DNA from: an uncultured Planctomycetota bacterium | Lineage (GTDB): Bacteria > Planctomycetota > Planctomycetia > Gemmatales > Gemmataceae | Reading direction: 5' to 3' | NCBI GenBank assembly: GCA_963849325.1 | Contig: CAWKHF010000012.1 | Span: 736,001-800,000, forward strand | Length of the DNA: 64,000 bases | Shown here: piece by piece, positions 22,933 through 35,455 of the stretch | How positions within the stretch are numbered: position 1 is the stretch's first letter | Layout of the letters: each line of letters begins with the position of its first letter | The notes under the pieces: model-generated | The model's database searches: none | What the model was told of the DNA's origin: nothing | What the model saw: only the letters and a program-made list of their open reading frames with translations | Position numbers and translations under genes: made by a program

Positions 22933-24514
22933 TTACTGGGGCACCTCGACCTGGATGGCCTGGAGGACTTCGCGGGTCGCGTCGTTTTGCACGAAGACGA
23001 CGACGCGCAGCCCCTTGAGGTCGAGCGGGCGGTCCTTGTTCGGAAACGGCGTGTCCTTGTTGGTCTTGTCGAGGTAGTCGCGCAAGCCCTTGCGCACCTC
23101 CTCGAGATCGACCGTGAGCTTCTTGGTGAAGGGCTTGTCCTTGACGATCTTCTCGCCCTTGACGCCGCCGACGAAGGCGCGAACGACGTGGTGGTGCTCC
23201 GGCAGCTTGTTGCCGCCGGTGTAGGCGACCTGCTCCTCGACCAGCGCCGCGCAGCCGCAGGTCGTCGCTGTCCGCGCGCACGTCCGATGCGGTCACGTCG
23301 ATGTGGACCTTGGCGCCCTGGCGAGTGGCCGTGGCCTGGAGCTTGACCTTGGCGATCCCTTCCAGCATCGGCGTTAGCTCTTCGACGTATTCGTCATATT
23401 TATCCCAGCCCGCGGAGGTGCCGCCGCCGCCGGGGGCGAGCGGCTTGCCGTCGGCGAGCACGGTGGGCGTGCCGCGGACGAAACGACTGTAATAATCGGC
23501 CCGCGCCTCGCTGTCGGGATTGGTCAGCGGGTCGGGTCCGGGCACGTGCAGGTGATACTGCAAGCGGACGACCTCACCGGGCTTGAACGTCTTGCCCAGT
23601 GCGTCGAAGGCCAAGTCGGCGGCGACGCACGGCGGACACTCGGCGCCGGTGAACAGCTCGACCAGCACGACGCGATCGCTCTTGCCCTTGCGGCCGGCGA
23701 ACGGCATCGGCTTGATCGTCAGGTCGATTTTCTTGATCCGCGTCTCGACTTCCTTGGCCTCATCCGCCTTGCCGGCCTTGGTCAGTGCATTCGACAGTCC
23801 CTCCAGCACGCGCTTGCGGATGGCGGGACGATCCGTGTCTTCGAGCATGCGTTCGGCCTGGCGCGCGTAGGTCAGGGCGATCGATTCGTAGCCTTTTTGC
23901 TTGTCGAGCATTTCGATCAGGGCGAGGAGGATTTCCCGATGCCAGCGTGGCCCATACGCACCGGCGGCCTTGGAAGCGCGGGCGGCCCAGCTGCGCACCT
24001 CCTCGGCTTTGGCCTTGTTGGCCGACGCCGTCTCGATCAGGGCCAGGGCCGAACGCAGGATAGTCGTGTTCTCTTTCCGCGTGGCCAGGGCTTCCTTGAG
24101 GAGTTCGCGTTCGCTGAGGTCGGCGAGGGTGGTCTGTTCCATCTCCGCCGGGTTGACGCCGCCGCCGCGCTTGAGAATGCCGTACAGCTTGGCCGACTTC
24201 TCCGCGGGCAGGCGGAATTCAAAAGGGAAGACCAGGTTCGGCATCTTGAGGGAGAAGCGCAGCGTGTCCTTGGTAACACTCAGTTTTTCCAGCGTCGCCT
24301 CCGGCATGTTTTCAGCGTGGGCGGACACCGTGCCGATCCACTTGCCATCCTTGTTGTCCAGTTTCACCAACCACAGGGGCTTGTCACCGATTTTCTCGGC
24401 CAGGGGCAGGGTGATCTTCCAGGTGCCGGCCGGACCCACTCCCTCGCCCGCCTGGCCCAAACTCACCCCGGCCAGCAGAAGCCCGGCCAACGCCAAACGT
24501 GCCGCTCGCATCAT
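22933..24514 (-). CDS. Secreted protein with TPR-like region and thioredoxin-like CPPC domain; frameshift near 23250
   Basis: Signal peptide; VVLVELFTGAECPPCVAAD and YHLHVPGPDPL. The C-terminal ...VAFVQND...QAIQVEVPQ* is in another frame. Confidence 0.75.
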
Positions 24515-24700
24515 GTACCGCATCCTTTGGTCGAGAAAAGGGGCTGGGCCGCGCAACGCTTCGTCTACTCTAGAAGACCGGCTCCGGACGCACAAGGCGG
24601 GGGACCGCATCGCGCTGCATGGCCTTCGTTGCTTCATGGTGGACGGCGGCCGATTCGTCCGCTACACTCGGGACACTAGCAGTTGACGAGGAAGGCGCCC

Positions 24701-27700
24701 ATGGCCGATCCATTCCGTCCCGAGTACTTGATCCGTCTGCCGTTGCCGTTGGCCCAGCTCTACCACCGGGCCGGCATCGACTACTCTCCGCGCAGCCGGC
24801 ACAACAATACCTATTATCTGTTCGAGGCCCTGATCCGGCTGGGCGTGGCCGTGGAGATCGCCGCTTACCGGCAGGAGATCCAGGAGGGAACGGCGCGCGA
24901 GCCGAGGTTGTCGGAAAAATTGGATCGTCTGCGGAGACCGTCGCCGGGCGATTGGCTCAGTCTGCTGCGCGAGTTGGCCCGTCATTTCGCGCAGCGGCCC
25001 GATGCCGCCTCCCATCCCCTGGGCCATCTCGCCGAGCAGCTGCAACGACCCCGCAAAGACCTGTCCGCGGTCCTCGACCTGTATCGCCGCATCAAGAACG
25101 GCGTGGATGGCGAGCCGGGCGGCGATCAGAGTTGCTCGCTGCTGCAAGTGCTGGACGCACTGGTTCGCTACCGCAACGACGTCTTCGGCCACGGCAGCGA
25201 GCGTTTCGAGTCGTTTTACGACCGCGACATGGGACCGCTCTTGTCGCCGGCCGCGACGGAGGTGCTGGCCGAGAGCGTGCTCGATCTGCTGGGACCACCC
25301 GGCTCGCGGTTGGTCTACCTGGCGGAGGTGCGCACGCTGGCCGACGGCCGGCGCGAGCTGCGCCTGTACGAATTGACCGGCCTGTCCGGCATGCCTTCGC
25401 CGCCGGCGATCGCGCCGCCGGAGCCGGAGGCGGGCATACGGCCCGGCCGGATCGGCGTCCTCTGGCCGGGTCGATCGCTGCCCGTCTTCCTCGATCCGCT
25501 GCTCCAGGGAACGTGGGGCGAGGACAGTGCCGAGGTCCGCTTCCTCAACTCCGATCACCAGGGTAAGCACATCAAGTATCTGAGTTATCGCTCCGGCGAG
25601 ACCAGCATGGACGCGGCCCACGTCCAGGAGTTGGCGGAGTTATTGGCCGTCGTGACCGGCGGAACGGCCGGCGCGGCGCCGGCCGAGGCCGAGCCGGCCC
25701 GGAGTCTACGGCGCGAATACGAACCGCTGGGCGAGATCGGCCGGGGCGGCATGGGAGTCGTCTACCTGGCGCGGCAGTTGTCCCTGGGGAGGGCCGTGGC
25801 GCTGAAGACGCTTCTGCCCGAGCGCCGGCGACCGGCACGCCTTGAGCCGCTTTCGCAACGAGATTCGGGCGCTGGCACGCTGCGAGCATCCCAACATCGT
25901 GCGCGTGCTGGACACGATGGCCCTGCCCGACGGACAGACGTACTACAGCATGGAATACGTACCGGGCTGCGACCTTGAGCGCGTCTGGCAGGAGTTGAAG
26001 GTCGAGGATGGCTCGGCCGATTCCCGAGCGACGCAGCTGAGCGCGCACGACGCTGGTGCGGGCGGCCCACTCCGCCGCCCTACGGCAGCGAGAGGAGATG
26101 CTCCACCGCCACGGCCGGGCCGCGGTCCTGAAGCCGGAAGAGCCGCCGCGGCCCGCGCCGCCGGTCTTGCCTCTGCCGCCCCTGCCCGAATTGCCCGCGC
26201 TCTCGGGCGATGCCGGCGGATACGTCCGCTATCTCGTGCAGCTCATGCGCGACGCCGCCCTGGCCCTGCATGCGGTCCACGCCAAGGGCATCGTTCACCG
26301 CGACGTCAAGCCGGCCAATCTGATGCTGACGGCCGACGGACAGCGTGTCGTGCTCATGGACTTCGGATTGGCCAAGGGCGGCAGCCTGTCCGCGGGAACG
26401 ACCGAGGCGGGCGGACTGATGGGCACACTCCGCTACGCCGCCCCCGAACAGCTCGCCGCCGGCAAACAGGAGGTTGGCCCCGCCGCTGACGTTCGCGGCC
26501 TGGGCGTCACCTTCTGGGAGCTGCTCACGCGCCGACGGCTGTTCGCCGAGGCCCGCGACGAGGCGGAGCTGGCCGAGAAGGTGTTGCGCCAGGACGTGCC
26601 GCCGCTTCGCACCATCGACGCCGATTTCCACCCGGACCTGGAGACGATTCTGGTCCGCGCCACCGAGCGTCATCCCGACGACCGCATCGCCACCGCCGGC
26701 AAGCTGGCCGAGTATTTGCAACTCTATCTCGATCACAAACACCTGCCCCTGCGGCGACGGACGCGGCTGGAACGTCTGCACGGCTGGGTGCGCGACCACG
26801 GCAAGGCCATCGCCGCCGTCGCCGCCGCCGTCGCGGTGACCGTGCTGCTCACCACCTTCATCGTCCACTGGCTGACCCCGCTCCCTCCGCCGCCCGACCC
26901 GCCTCCGAAGACCGATCCGGCGCTTCAGAGGGCGGAGATGCTGGAACGGACGGGCCTGCGAAAACTCGAAGAAAACGAGCTGCCCGCCTCCTTGCTGTAT
27001 CTCACCGAAGCGTTGAAGCTCCAGGTCTTCGAGAAGGGCCGAAACGAGCTGGACCGCCTTCGCGTCGCCTCGATCCTGCGCCAGTGTCCGCAGCCGGTGG
27101 AAGTCTGGGCGCATGACAAGCCGATCAACTGGATCGAATTCAGCCCTGACGGCACGCTGGCGGTGACGGCCAGCGACGATGGGACGGCCCGCGTCTGGAA
27201 GGTGGACACGGGCGAACCGATGTTCGCGGAACCCCTGCGCCACGACGGGCCGGTACGGCACGCTGCTTTCAGCCCCGACGGCAGCCAAATCGTCACGGCT
27301 AGTTTCGACAAAACGGCCCGCGTCTGGCACGCGGCCACGGGCAGGCCGCTCGGCGGGCCGCTCCTCCATGCCATGCCGTTGCATCATGCCGCCTTCAGTC
27401 CCGATGGACAGAGCATCGCCACGGCCAGCGGATACACTCTTCCCGTGATGCGCACGGTGAACAAGCAGGTTCCCGACGGTCAGGGTGGGTTCAAGATAAT
27501 CCAGGAGGCACGGCCCGAGTACGGAGAGGAAGGCCCGCCCTCGGCGAATAGCCCGGAGTGGCACGGCGAGGCGCGCGTGTGGAAGCTCTTCTCGGGCGAT
27601 CCGGTGCTCCTGCGGCACCGCTACAAGGTGCGGAAGGTTCTGTTCGCGCCGGACGGGCGACAACTGTTGTCGATCGGCGGGTGGCGCCCCGGAGAGGCCC

Positions 27701-30391
27701 AACCCATGCCGGCGCCGGAAGCGCCGCCGGCGCCAGTCTCGGGCCCTTACGATTCGGACGAACCTCCTCGTCCCCCCTTCAAGTCGTTGAAGGGGCCATT
27801 GGGGGAAAGAGTCGTGGAGTTGTGGGATCTCGCTACGGGTAAGACCGAGCCGTTGACCACGGGCACAAGAGATCTGGTAGCGCGGATGGGCACGGTTTTT
27901 CATTGCGCCTTCGACACGGACAGGCGGCTGCAAATTACGACGGACGGCGGTTCGTGGCTCGTGACCTTGGGCGCGGACAAGCAGGTCGTCGGCCCGCTGA
28001 ACACCGAGAAGCCGCGGTGGGCGTCCTGGAGTCGGGATGGGCAGCGGCTGGCCGTGGGCACTGGGACCGTGGCGGAGGTCTGGGACACGATGACCCTCCA
28101 CCCGGTGGCGCCGGCGCGCAGCCCGGAGGTGGACCTGGATACGGCCCTCGTTCAGAGCGGCAGGGGAGTCAATCCCTTCCCCGTCCTCTCGCGGCTCGGC
28201 GTCGAACGGCCCAGGCCGAGGGAACTTCGCCACGGCCGCGGCATCGCCATCACCGAGGGGCTGTTCAGCCCCGACGGACGCTGGGTGATCACGGCCGGCG
28301 ACGATCGCAAAGTGCGTCTCTGGGACGCGGTCGGCGGCCGAACGATTGCCCCGGCCTTTCCGCTCCCCGCCAACGTCCGCCGCGTCGCCTGCAGTCCCGA
28401 CGGCCGCTATCTCTTGCTGGCGACGGTGGACCACCGGGCCTGGCTGTGGGACTGCGCCGGCGGTCTACCGGAGGCCCGGCGGCTCCCTTTCGACCGGCCT
28501 TTCCAGAGGTGGTTTGATCTTAATCCTCCTCGGTTCCATGAACAGGCGCGGCGTGTGTCCGCGCTCTTCCAGTCCCAGCCGGGTCCAGGCGGGGGGATGC
28601 CACCCCTGATCGCCAGCGTGTGGGACGCGAACACGGGAACCCTTGTCCGTCCCTCGCTGACGCTGGACGGGCAGGCGCAGGACGCCGTTTTCAGCGCGGA
28701 CGGGGCTTCGCTGGCGGTGGCCGGCGCGGACGGATGGGTACGGATCTGGGACGTGGCCAAGGGAGAGGTTGTGCGTTCGCGGCGGTACGAGGGCGGCGTC
28801 GGCCGTGTCGCCTTTAGTGGAAATGGACGGCATTTGCTCCGCATCGTTCACCCAGCCGGTCAGACGGAAGGCAAGGCGGAGGCCCACGTCTGGGACTGGG
28901 ACCGGGACGAGTCGCGGTCGGTCCCTCTCCGTGGCCGAGGGCCGGTCCTGCTCAGCCCCGACGGCTCGCACCTGGCCGTCGCTCCGGCCGGCTCGCCGCT
29001 GGAGGTGTGGGAGGTAGCGACAGGCCGGCCCATTCCCCTACACGAGCCGCCCTCCAAACCGGAGACCCGCTTCCTGGCGTTCAGCGGGGATGGCCGCCTC
29101 TTGCTGGCGGTCGGCAAGGACCGGACGGCGGACTTGTGGGACCTGGATACGGGCGAAGTGCGGAACAAGGATAACCCCATCACCCACGGCGAGTCCATTG
29201 TCCGCGCCGAGTTCAGCAAGGACAACCGTTACCTGCTGACGGCCAGCGCCCGCACGCTGCCTCCCGGCGAGAGACCGACGGCGGAGAACCAGGGCGAGGG
29301 CGAGGCCCGCGTTTGGGACGCCGTCACCGGCAAGGCGGTGAGCAAACTCCTCCGACACAATGGGCCGGTCCATTGCGCGTCGTTCAGTGCCGACGGACGT
29401 TTCGTCCTCACCGTCTGCGCCAACTATGACCTGTCGCGGGATGAAGTGCGCCTGTGGCGATCCGTCAGCGGCGAGCCGGTAACACCCGTCCTGCCGTGCC
29501 CCGGCGCTTGCTCCGACGCCCTGCTGACACCTGACGGCGACCGCATGGAGACGGTGGATTCCTCCGGCATCCTCCACGAATGGCCGCTGCGCGGAGTTGG
29601 GTCCGGTCTCGGAGGTCGCACAACTCGCGGAGATCCTGTCGGGCACGCGCCTGGACGCCACGGATACGGCGGTCGAACTCGACGCCGCCGGCTGGTATCG
29701 GTCCTGGCAGACGCTGCGCCCCTCCCCCGGCCCGCGCAGCCGCGGACCCGTGGAGGCGGAAGTCAAAGCCTGGCACGCCGAGGCGCTGGACTATTGCCGT
29801 TGGGCCAAACAATGGCGCCCGGCCGCCGCCCACCTCGACTACCAAATCCAACACGGCGAGGACAGCTCGCAACAGCGCCACGAGCTGGCCTTGGCGCAGC
29901 TCCTGGCCGATGACGAGGCCGCCTACCGACGAACGTGCGAGGCGACCCTGGAGCGCTTCGGCAACTCCACGAAGCCGGAGGACTGGGCGCGGGTCGTGCG
30001 CACCTGGGTCTTGAGGCCGGTCCCGAAGGAGCGACAGGAACAACTCGTGAGGTTGGCGGAACGGGCTGCGAGTCGCCAGGAAACGGAATGCACGCCACAC
30101 CACGTACTCGGCGCCGCCCTGTACCGAGCCGGACGGTTCCGCGAGGCCATCGCGGAACTGAAGCGCACCGAAGAACTGTGCCAGCGAAGTCCGTATCCCT
30201 GGGATTGGCTTTTCCTGGCCCTGGCGCACGACCAGCTGGGCGAAAAAACGGAAGCCGGAGAAGCGCGGAAGAAAGTCACGAATAGCGAACCGTCCGGCGT
30301 TCGCCGGCTCGATCTGTCGGAGTCGCTGGAAGTACAGATCCTCCGCCGCGAAGCGTTCGTCATGCCTCCGACAGTTCCGCCGCCGCCCTGA
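24701..30391 (+). CDS. Multidomain protein: N-terminal HEPN-like domain, Ser/Thr kinase, TM segment, WD40 repeats, TPR tail; frameshifts near 25830, 26050 and 29600
   Basis: GRGGMGVVY, VALK, HPNIV, HRDVKPAN, DFGLAK, GTLRYAAPE; hydrophobic AIAAVAAAVAVTVLLTTFIV; many FSPDG...TAS.D.TARVW repeats; LGAALYRAG TPR. Confidence 0.85.
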
Positions 30392-30469
30392 GCGTTCCTT
30401 CTCCCTCCGCCGCCGTCATCTGCTACAATGCCGCCGGCTGTATCTCTCGAATGAAAGGCGGGGCCAACC

Positions 30470-32569
30470 GTGAGACGTGCGATCCTCGTTGCGGCCGTCG
30501 TGGCGGCCCTCCTGACACGCGGGGCTTTTTCTTCGGTGACGACCGTGAAGGCCGACGAAGGCATGTGGCTGCTCAACGCTCCGCCACGTCCGTACCTCCA
30601 GGACAAACATGGCTTCGAACTCACCGACGAATGGCTGGAACGCGCCCAGAAAGCGTCGGTGCGATTCAACAACGGCGGCTCCGGCGGCTTCGTCTCCACC
30701 GACGGCCTGATCGTCACCAATCACCACATCGGCGCCGACTGTCTGCAAAAGCTCAGCCCCAAGGACAAGGACTACCTCCGCGACGGCTATTACGCCGCCG
30801 CGCGCGACCAGGAATTGCGTTGTCCCGACCTGGAGCTGAACGTCTTGCAATCCATCGAGGACGTGACGGCCCGCGTCAACGAGGCGGTCAAGCCGGACAG
30901 GACGCCGGCCCAGGCGTTCGCCGCCCGCCGCGCCGTCATGGCCACCATCGAGAAGGAATCGTTCGAGAAGACCAGGCTGCGCAGCGACGTGGTGACCCTC
31001 TACCAGGGCGGCCAATATCACCTTTATCGCTATAAGAAATACACCGACGTTCGTCTGGTCTTCGCCCCCGAGCAGGCCATCGCCTTCTTCGGCGGCGACG
31101 CGGACAATTTCGAGTATCCGCGCTTCAACCTCGACGTCTGCTTCTTCCGCGCCTACGAGGACGGCAAACCGGCCCGCCCGTCGCACTTCTTCCGCTGGAG
31201 CCGGAGTGGGCCGGAGGAGGGGATCTCGTCTTCGTCCTCGGCCATCCCGGCTCGACCAATCGCCTAGACACATTGGCCAAACTGCTGCACCGCCGCGACG
31301 TAACGTTGCCGTACTGGCTCAACCGTCTGCGCTCCCAGGAGGCGCTGCTGCTCCAGTTCTCAGGCCACGGGCCGGAGCAGGCGCGGATGGCGCGGAAGGA
31401 CTGGCACCGCGTCGCCAATGCCCGCAAGGCCGTCGGCGGCCAGTACCAGGGATTGCTCGACCCCGCCATCATCCGCCGCAAGACGGACGACGAATTGTCC
31501 CTGCTGGCCGCCGTCAAGCTCAAGGGCGACGCCGCCAAGCACAAGGCGCTCGAGGACGCCCTGGCCCGCGTCGCGGAGGCGGAGAAGACGTTCGCCGCCT
31601 TCGAGCGCGAATACTATCTGCTGGAGCGCGGCGATGCCTTCGACTCGGAACTGTTCCACATCGCCCGCCATCTGGTGCGCCTGGCCGCGGAGCTGCCCAA
31701 ACCAAACGCCGAACGGCTGCGCGAGTACCGCGATTCAGCCCTGGATTCGCTGAAGTTCCAGCTCTTTTCGCCGGCCCCAATCCACCCGGAGTTGGAGAAG
31801 GCCCGCCTCGCCAACGCGCTGACCTTCCTCGTCGAGAACCTCGGCGGCGCGCACCCGCTGGTCGTCAAGGTACTCGGCGAGCGTTCGCCGTCAGTCCGCG
31901 CGGCCGAACTGATCGACGGGTGCAAGCTGATCGACCCCGCCGAGCGCCGCCGCCTCGCCGACGGCGGCGCCAAGGCCGTCGAGGATTCGACCGATGCCTT
32001 GATCCGCTTCGCCCGCCTGGTGGACGACGACGCCCGCGCCCTGCGCAAGCGCCACGAGAATGAGGTCGAGGAAGTGGAGCGCCAGGCCAACGCCGCAGAT
32101 CGCCCGCAGCCGTTTCGAGGTCCACGGCACCGCCATCGCCCCCGACGCCACGTTCACGCTTCGCCTGGCCTTCGGCGTGGTCAAGGGGTATCGCGCCGAG
32201 GGAGTCGAACTGCCGTTTACGACGACGTTCGGCGGCGCCTTCGAGCGGGCGCAGAAGCAGGGCCACCGCGAGCCGTTCGTCCTGCCGAAGCGCTGGCTCG
32301 ATTCCAGGGGCAAGCTAGACCTGACAACGCCCTTTAACTTCGTCTCGACGGCCGACACCATCGGTGGCAACTCCGGCAGTCCGGTGCTCAACCGCAAGGG
32401 CGAACTGGTCGGCATCAACTTCGACCGCAATCGTCACGGCCTGGTGCGCAATTTCGTCTACACCGACGAGCAGGCCCGTCACATCGCCGTCCATTCGCGC
32501 GGCGTACTGGAAGCGCTGCGTAGCCTGTATGATGCGAAAGCGCTGGTCGAGGAACTGACTGGGGGATGA
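30470..32569 (+). CDS. S46-family dipeptidyl peptidase; frameshifts near 31215 and 32095
   Basis: ADEGMW, TNHH, FGGDADNFEYPR, PDATFTLRL, DTIGGNSGSP, GINFD. Confidence 0.92.
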
Positions 32570-32571
32570 CA

Positions 32572-32624
32572 CCGAGCCTGAAGCGTAAGCGAAGAGCATC
32601 TCTTCGCTTACGCTTCAGGCTCGG
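32572..32624. repeat. REP-like palindrome, family C, copy 2 (between convergent genes)
   Basis: CCGAGCCTGAAGCGTAAGCGAAGAG and reverse complement. Confidence 0.88.
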
Positions 32625-32637
32625 ACAATGACTTCGT

Positions 32638-33741
32638 TCATTTCGCGGTGGCGTAGCGATGGGTCGGTTGCGGTCGGCCGGGACGGAAGCTCTGCAAGGT
32701 GTGGAACTCGGCCGTCGCTCCTAGAGCGGTACACGCTGCCGTCACCGTTTGCCGCACTTGCTCCGTGATTCGCTCCGGATCGAGGGCCACTCGCGCGTTG
32801 ACGATCAGGTCCAACTCGGTCACGTCGCCGCGCGCCGGCAACGACAGTTCCGGCCGGCCCTGACTGCTCACCAGGTTGGCCACACCGAACGACACTTCCG
32901 ACAGGCCAATCGCCTTCAGGTGCGCCACTTCGCCGCCGAGTTGGCCAAGCGCCTCCTGCAATCGCCCGACCACGTCCAGCAGCAATTCATCCACGGCGAA
33001 CGGCCTGGCGCCGGCGACGCGGATACTGCTGTTGAGCCAACCAAGCTCCGCCTCGCCCTCGGCGTAGGTGTCGTAATCGATGTCGAGAATCTTGCGGCCG
33101 AAGTCGCCTTGCTGGTCGAGCAGTGCCGTCAGGGTGTCGAAGCCCTGTCCGGTCTTGGCCGACAGGCGCAACAGCGGCGTGCCCGGAAAGGCGGTCTGGA
33201 CCAGGCCAGTTAGTTCCGCCAGCGTCGCGGCGTCCAGCTCATCAATGCGGTTGAGGACGATGGCGTCGGCCTCTTCGAGCTGCTTGCGGAAGATGTAGGC
33301 GGCCTTCGGCGAGAAGCCCGAATTCGCTTCCGACTTGAGGATGCGCAGACCGTGACTGGGTTTGAACAGCACCGGGTACGGGCCGACCTCGAAGCGGTCG
33401 CGGTACAGATCCTTGAGCGGCTGAACGACGGTGGCGACCAGGTCGGTGCAACTGCCGACCGGCTCGGCCAGGATCACGTCAGGCCGCTGCTGGACTTCGA
33501 GTTGCTCGACCTTGCCGATGAGGTCGTGGAAGCGACAGCAGAAGCAGGCGCCGGGCACCTCCTCGACGGCGAAGCCCTGGGCACGTAGGCTACTGGTATC
33601 CACGAGATCCGCGGCTTGGTCGTTGGTGACGAGTCCGACCTTCTGGCCGTGATCGAGGTAGAAGCGGGCCAGCCGTGATAGCGCCGTCGTCTTGCCGGCG
33701 CCGAGGAAACCACCCACCATGAGGAATCGCAACGCTTTCAT
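32638..33741 (-). CDS. CobW/HypB/UreG-like (G3E) metallochaperone GTPase
   Basis: GGFLGAGKTT, TND, GACFCC, EPVGSC, QLEEAD.IVLNRID. Confidence 0.88.
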   Translation of the reverse strand: MKALRFLMVGGFLGAGKTTALSRLARFYLDHGQKVGLVTNDQAADLVDTSSLRAQGFAVEEVPGACFCCRFHDLIGKVEQLEVQQRPDVILAEPVGSCTDLVATVVQPLKDLYRDRFEVGPYPVLFKPSHGLRILKSEANSGFSPKAAYIFRKQLEEADAIVLNRIDELDAATLAELTGLVQTAFPGTPLLRLSAKTGQGFDTLTALLDQQGDFGRKILDIDYDTYAEGEAELGWLNSSIRVAGARPFAVDELLLDVVGRLQEALGQLGGEVAHLKAIGLSEVSFGVANLVSSQGRPELSLPARGDVTELDLIVNARVALDPERITEQVRQTVTAACTALGATAEFHTLQSFRPGRPQPTHRYATAK

Positions 33742-33759
33742 AGCCGAACCTCGCGGAAA

Positions 33760-34579
33760 TTATTTCTCCAGCGTAACATAGTGATACTTGTCGATCAGAT
33801 CAACGACCGCGTCGGAATGGGCGAAGTCGAGAAACTCCTTGGCCAACCCCTTGGGAGTGTCGCGCATGACCAGGTTGAGCGGGCGGGATAGCGGGTAGGT
33901 GCCGTCGCGGACGTGGGCCGTCGTCGCCTTAATGCCTTCGGAGGGCAGCACCTTGATGGGTACGTTCTCGCCGACGGCGCCGGCCCGGCTGCACGAGACG
34001 TAAGCGATGGCTCCCGGTCGGCCGGCGACGGCCTGGATGCCCTGGTCGCTGTCGCTGATGATGGCGTCGGCCCGGACCTGCGTGGATTTCAGTTTGAAGT
34101 GGTCGAGGAATAATTCCAACAGGGCTAAACCGTCCTTCATGTGTACCAGCGTGATCGGCAGGTCCGGGCCGCCGACCTGTTTCCAGTTGGACACGGCGCG
34201 CGTGTACATGCGGACGATCTGATCGTCGCTCAGTGCCGTCACGGAGTTGGTCCGGTTGACGATGAAGCAGACGCCGTCGCGAGCGATGGGTGTGGCATGC
34301 AGGTTGGCCTCGTCCGGCTTCAGCGCGCGGGCCACCATGCCGATGTCGGCCAATCCCTCGCGTGTGTCCTTCACGCCGCGCCGAACCGCCTGCCTGCACG
34401 TCCACGCGCACGTCCGGATGGGCCGCCTCGAAACGCTTACCGATCTCGCGCAGCAGCGGCGCCATGCCCGACGAGCCGGTCAGCACAAGGTTGCGGAAGT
34501 TGCGCTCCGGTGGCCGACAGCCCGCACACAGGCTCCCGAACAGCAGTCCGCAAACGATCGGCCATCGGCTTGGCGTCAT
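33760..34579 (-). CDS. PstS-like phosphate-binding lipoprotein; frameshift near 34380
   Basis: Lipobox LCAGC, LTGSS, VQAGGS, ADIGM, IARDG, GTYPLSRPL. Confidence 0.8.
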
Positions 34580-34763
34580 GAGTCCGGCTCGCCTCGTGAG
34601 TTCGGGTGGGCCTCGCGGCGGTCCTTCCGACTCATCATAGGCGATCAACGACGCCGAGAGCACGGGTGTCGAGCCGCGAAACGCTCTGGATTCCGATGCG
34701 CCGGCCGGCATAATCCTTCCCGCCGGTTGACATTTCGCGGAGTGGAACGTCGGACTGATAGGC

Positions 34764-35105
34764 TCATCGTGGATACGGCCGAAGCGATCCCGAACGGCGC
34801 GGGACGGTTGGCGTTTGGAAATGAATGCGCAGAACGACCTTGCCGGCTTCCGAATCGATCTCCATGAAGCGGATCTCGGCCGTATCCGGCACCTCTTCGT
34901 ACTTGCACTTTCGGCCGTCCAGCCGGATCTCCGTCTGTTCGGTGATCCGGTACGTGTTGTCCGAAGCGAGAACAGGAAAAAGTTTCCCATACGGGACGGA
35001 AGACTTCGGGTCCAGAGGTGCGGACTCTTTGGGAGGAGGAATCATCGCTATCGCAGGCGAAATACAAACGGCACAAGCGACAAGAGCGAGAAGATGGCGA
35101 ATCAT
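34764..35105 (-). CDS. Small secreted hypothetical protein
   Basis: Signal-like MIRHLLALVACAVCISPAIA; GGAG RBS. Confidence 0.6.
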   Translation of the reverse strand: MIRHLLALVACAVCISPAIAMIPPPKESAPLDPKSSVPYGKLFPVLASDNTYRITEQTEIRLDGRKCKYEEVPDTAEIRFMEIDSEAGKVVLRIHFQTPTVPRRSGSLRPYPR

Positions 35106-35192
35106 GGATGGCTCCAGGTTATTTTTCCCTGTTGGCAAACCTCCCCGGTCGAGGCGACCCACACGAGTGAGAGGAGGTACTTATCCGTTAGG

Positions 35193-35207
35193 GCAAGAAC
35201 CGTACCC
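35193..35207 (-). promoter_or_regulatory. Candidate sigma54 -24/-12 promoter GGGTACG-N4-TTGC
   Basis: GG-N10-GC spacing matches TGGCACG-N4-TTGC; about 90 nt upstream of ATG 35105. Confidence 0.5.
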
Positions 35208-35455
35208 AACGGCTCTTGTCATGGAAACCGCTCCCCACGCTCACGGGAGAGGGTGGAAACAGGTATCGAACCGTGCAATCTGCAAGACGTTCCCGGCAAT
35301 TTGCATGAAACCGTCTACGGACCTGCACGACTTATTCCCTGCGAATGACGGGGGAAATGCGACTTTGCGCCGCCGTGAGAGAGAGGCACAGCACTTGCTT
35401 TAGTACGATGGCCAATCCCGTGCTCCGAGCTTGCCGCAAGTTGGAGGGACACCCC

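Noticed and set aside
26080-28434. 784-aa minus-strand ORF and similar long antisense ORFs
   Set aside because: GC-rich antisense shadows of well-supported genes on the opposite strand.
34580-34763. Cobalamin or other riboswitch upstream of the PstS-like/CobW-like genes
   Set aside because: No B12-box or other recognisable aptamer motif by eye; an Rfam scan would be needed to exclude it fully.
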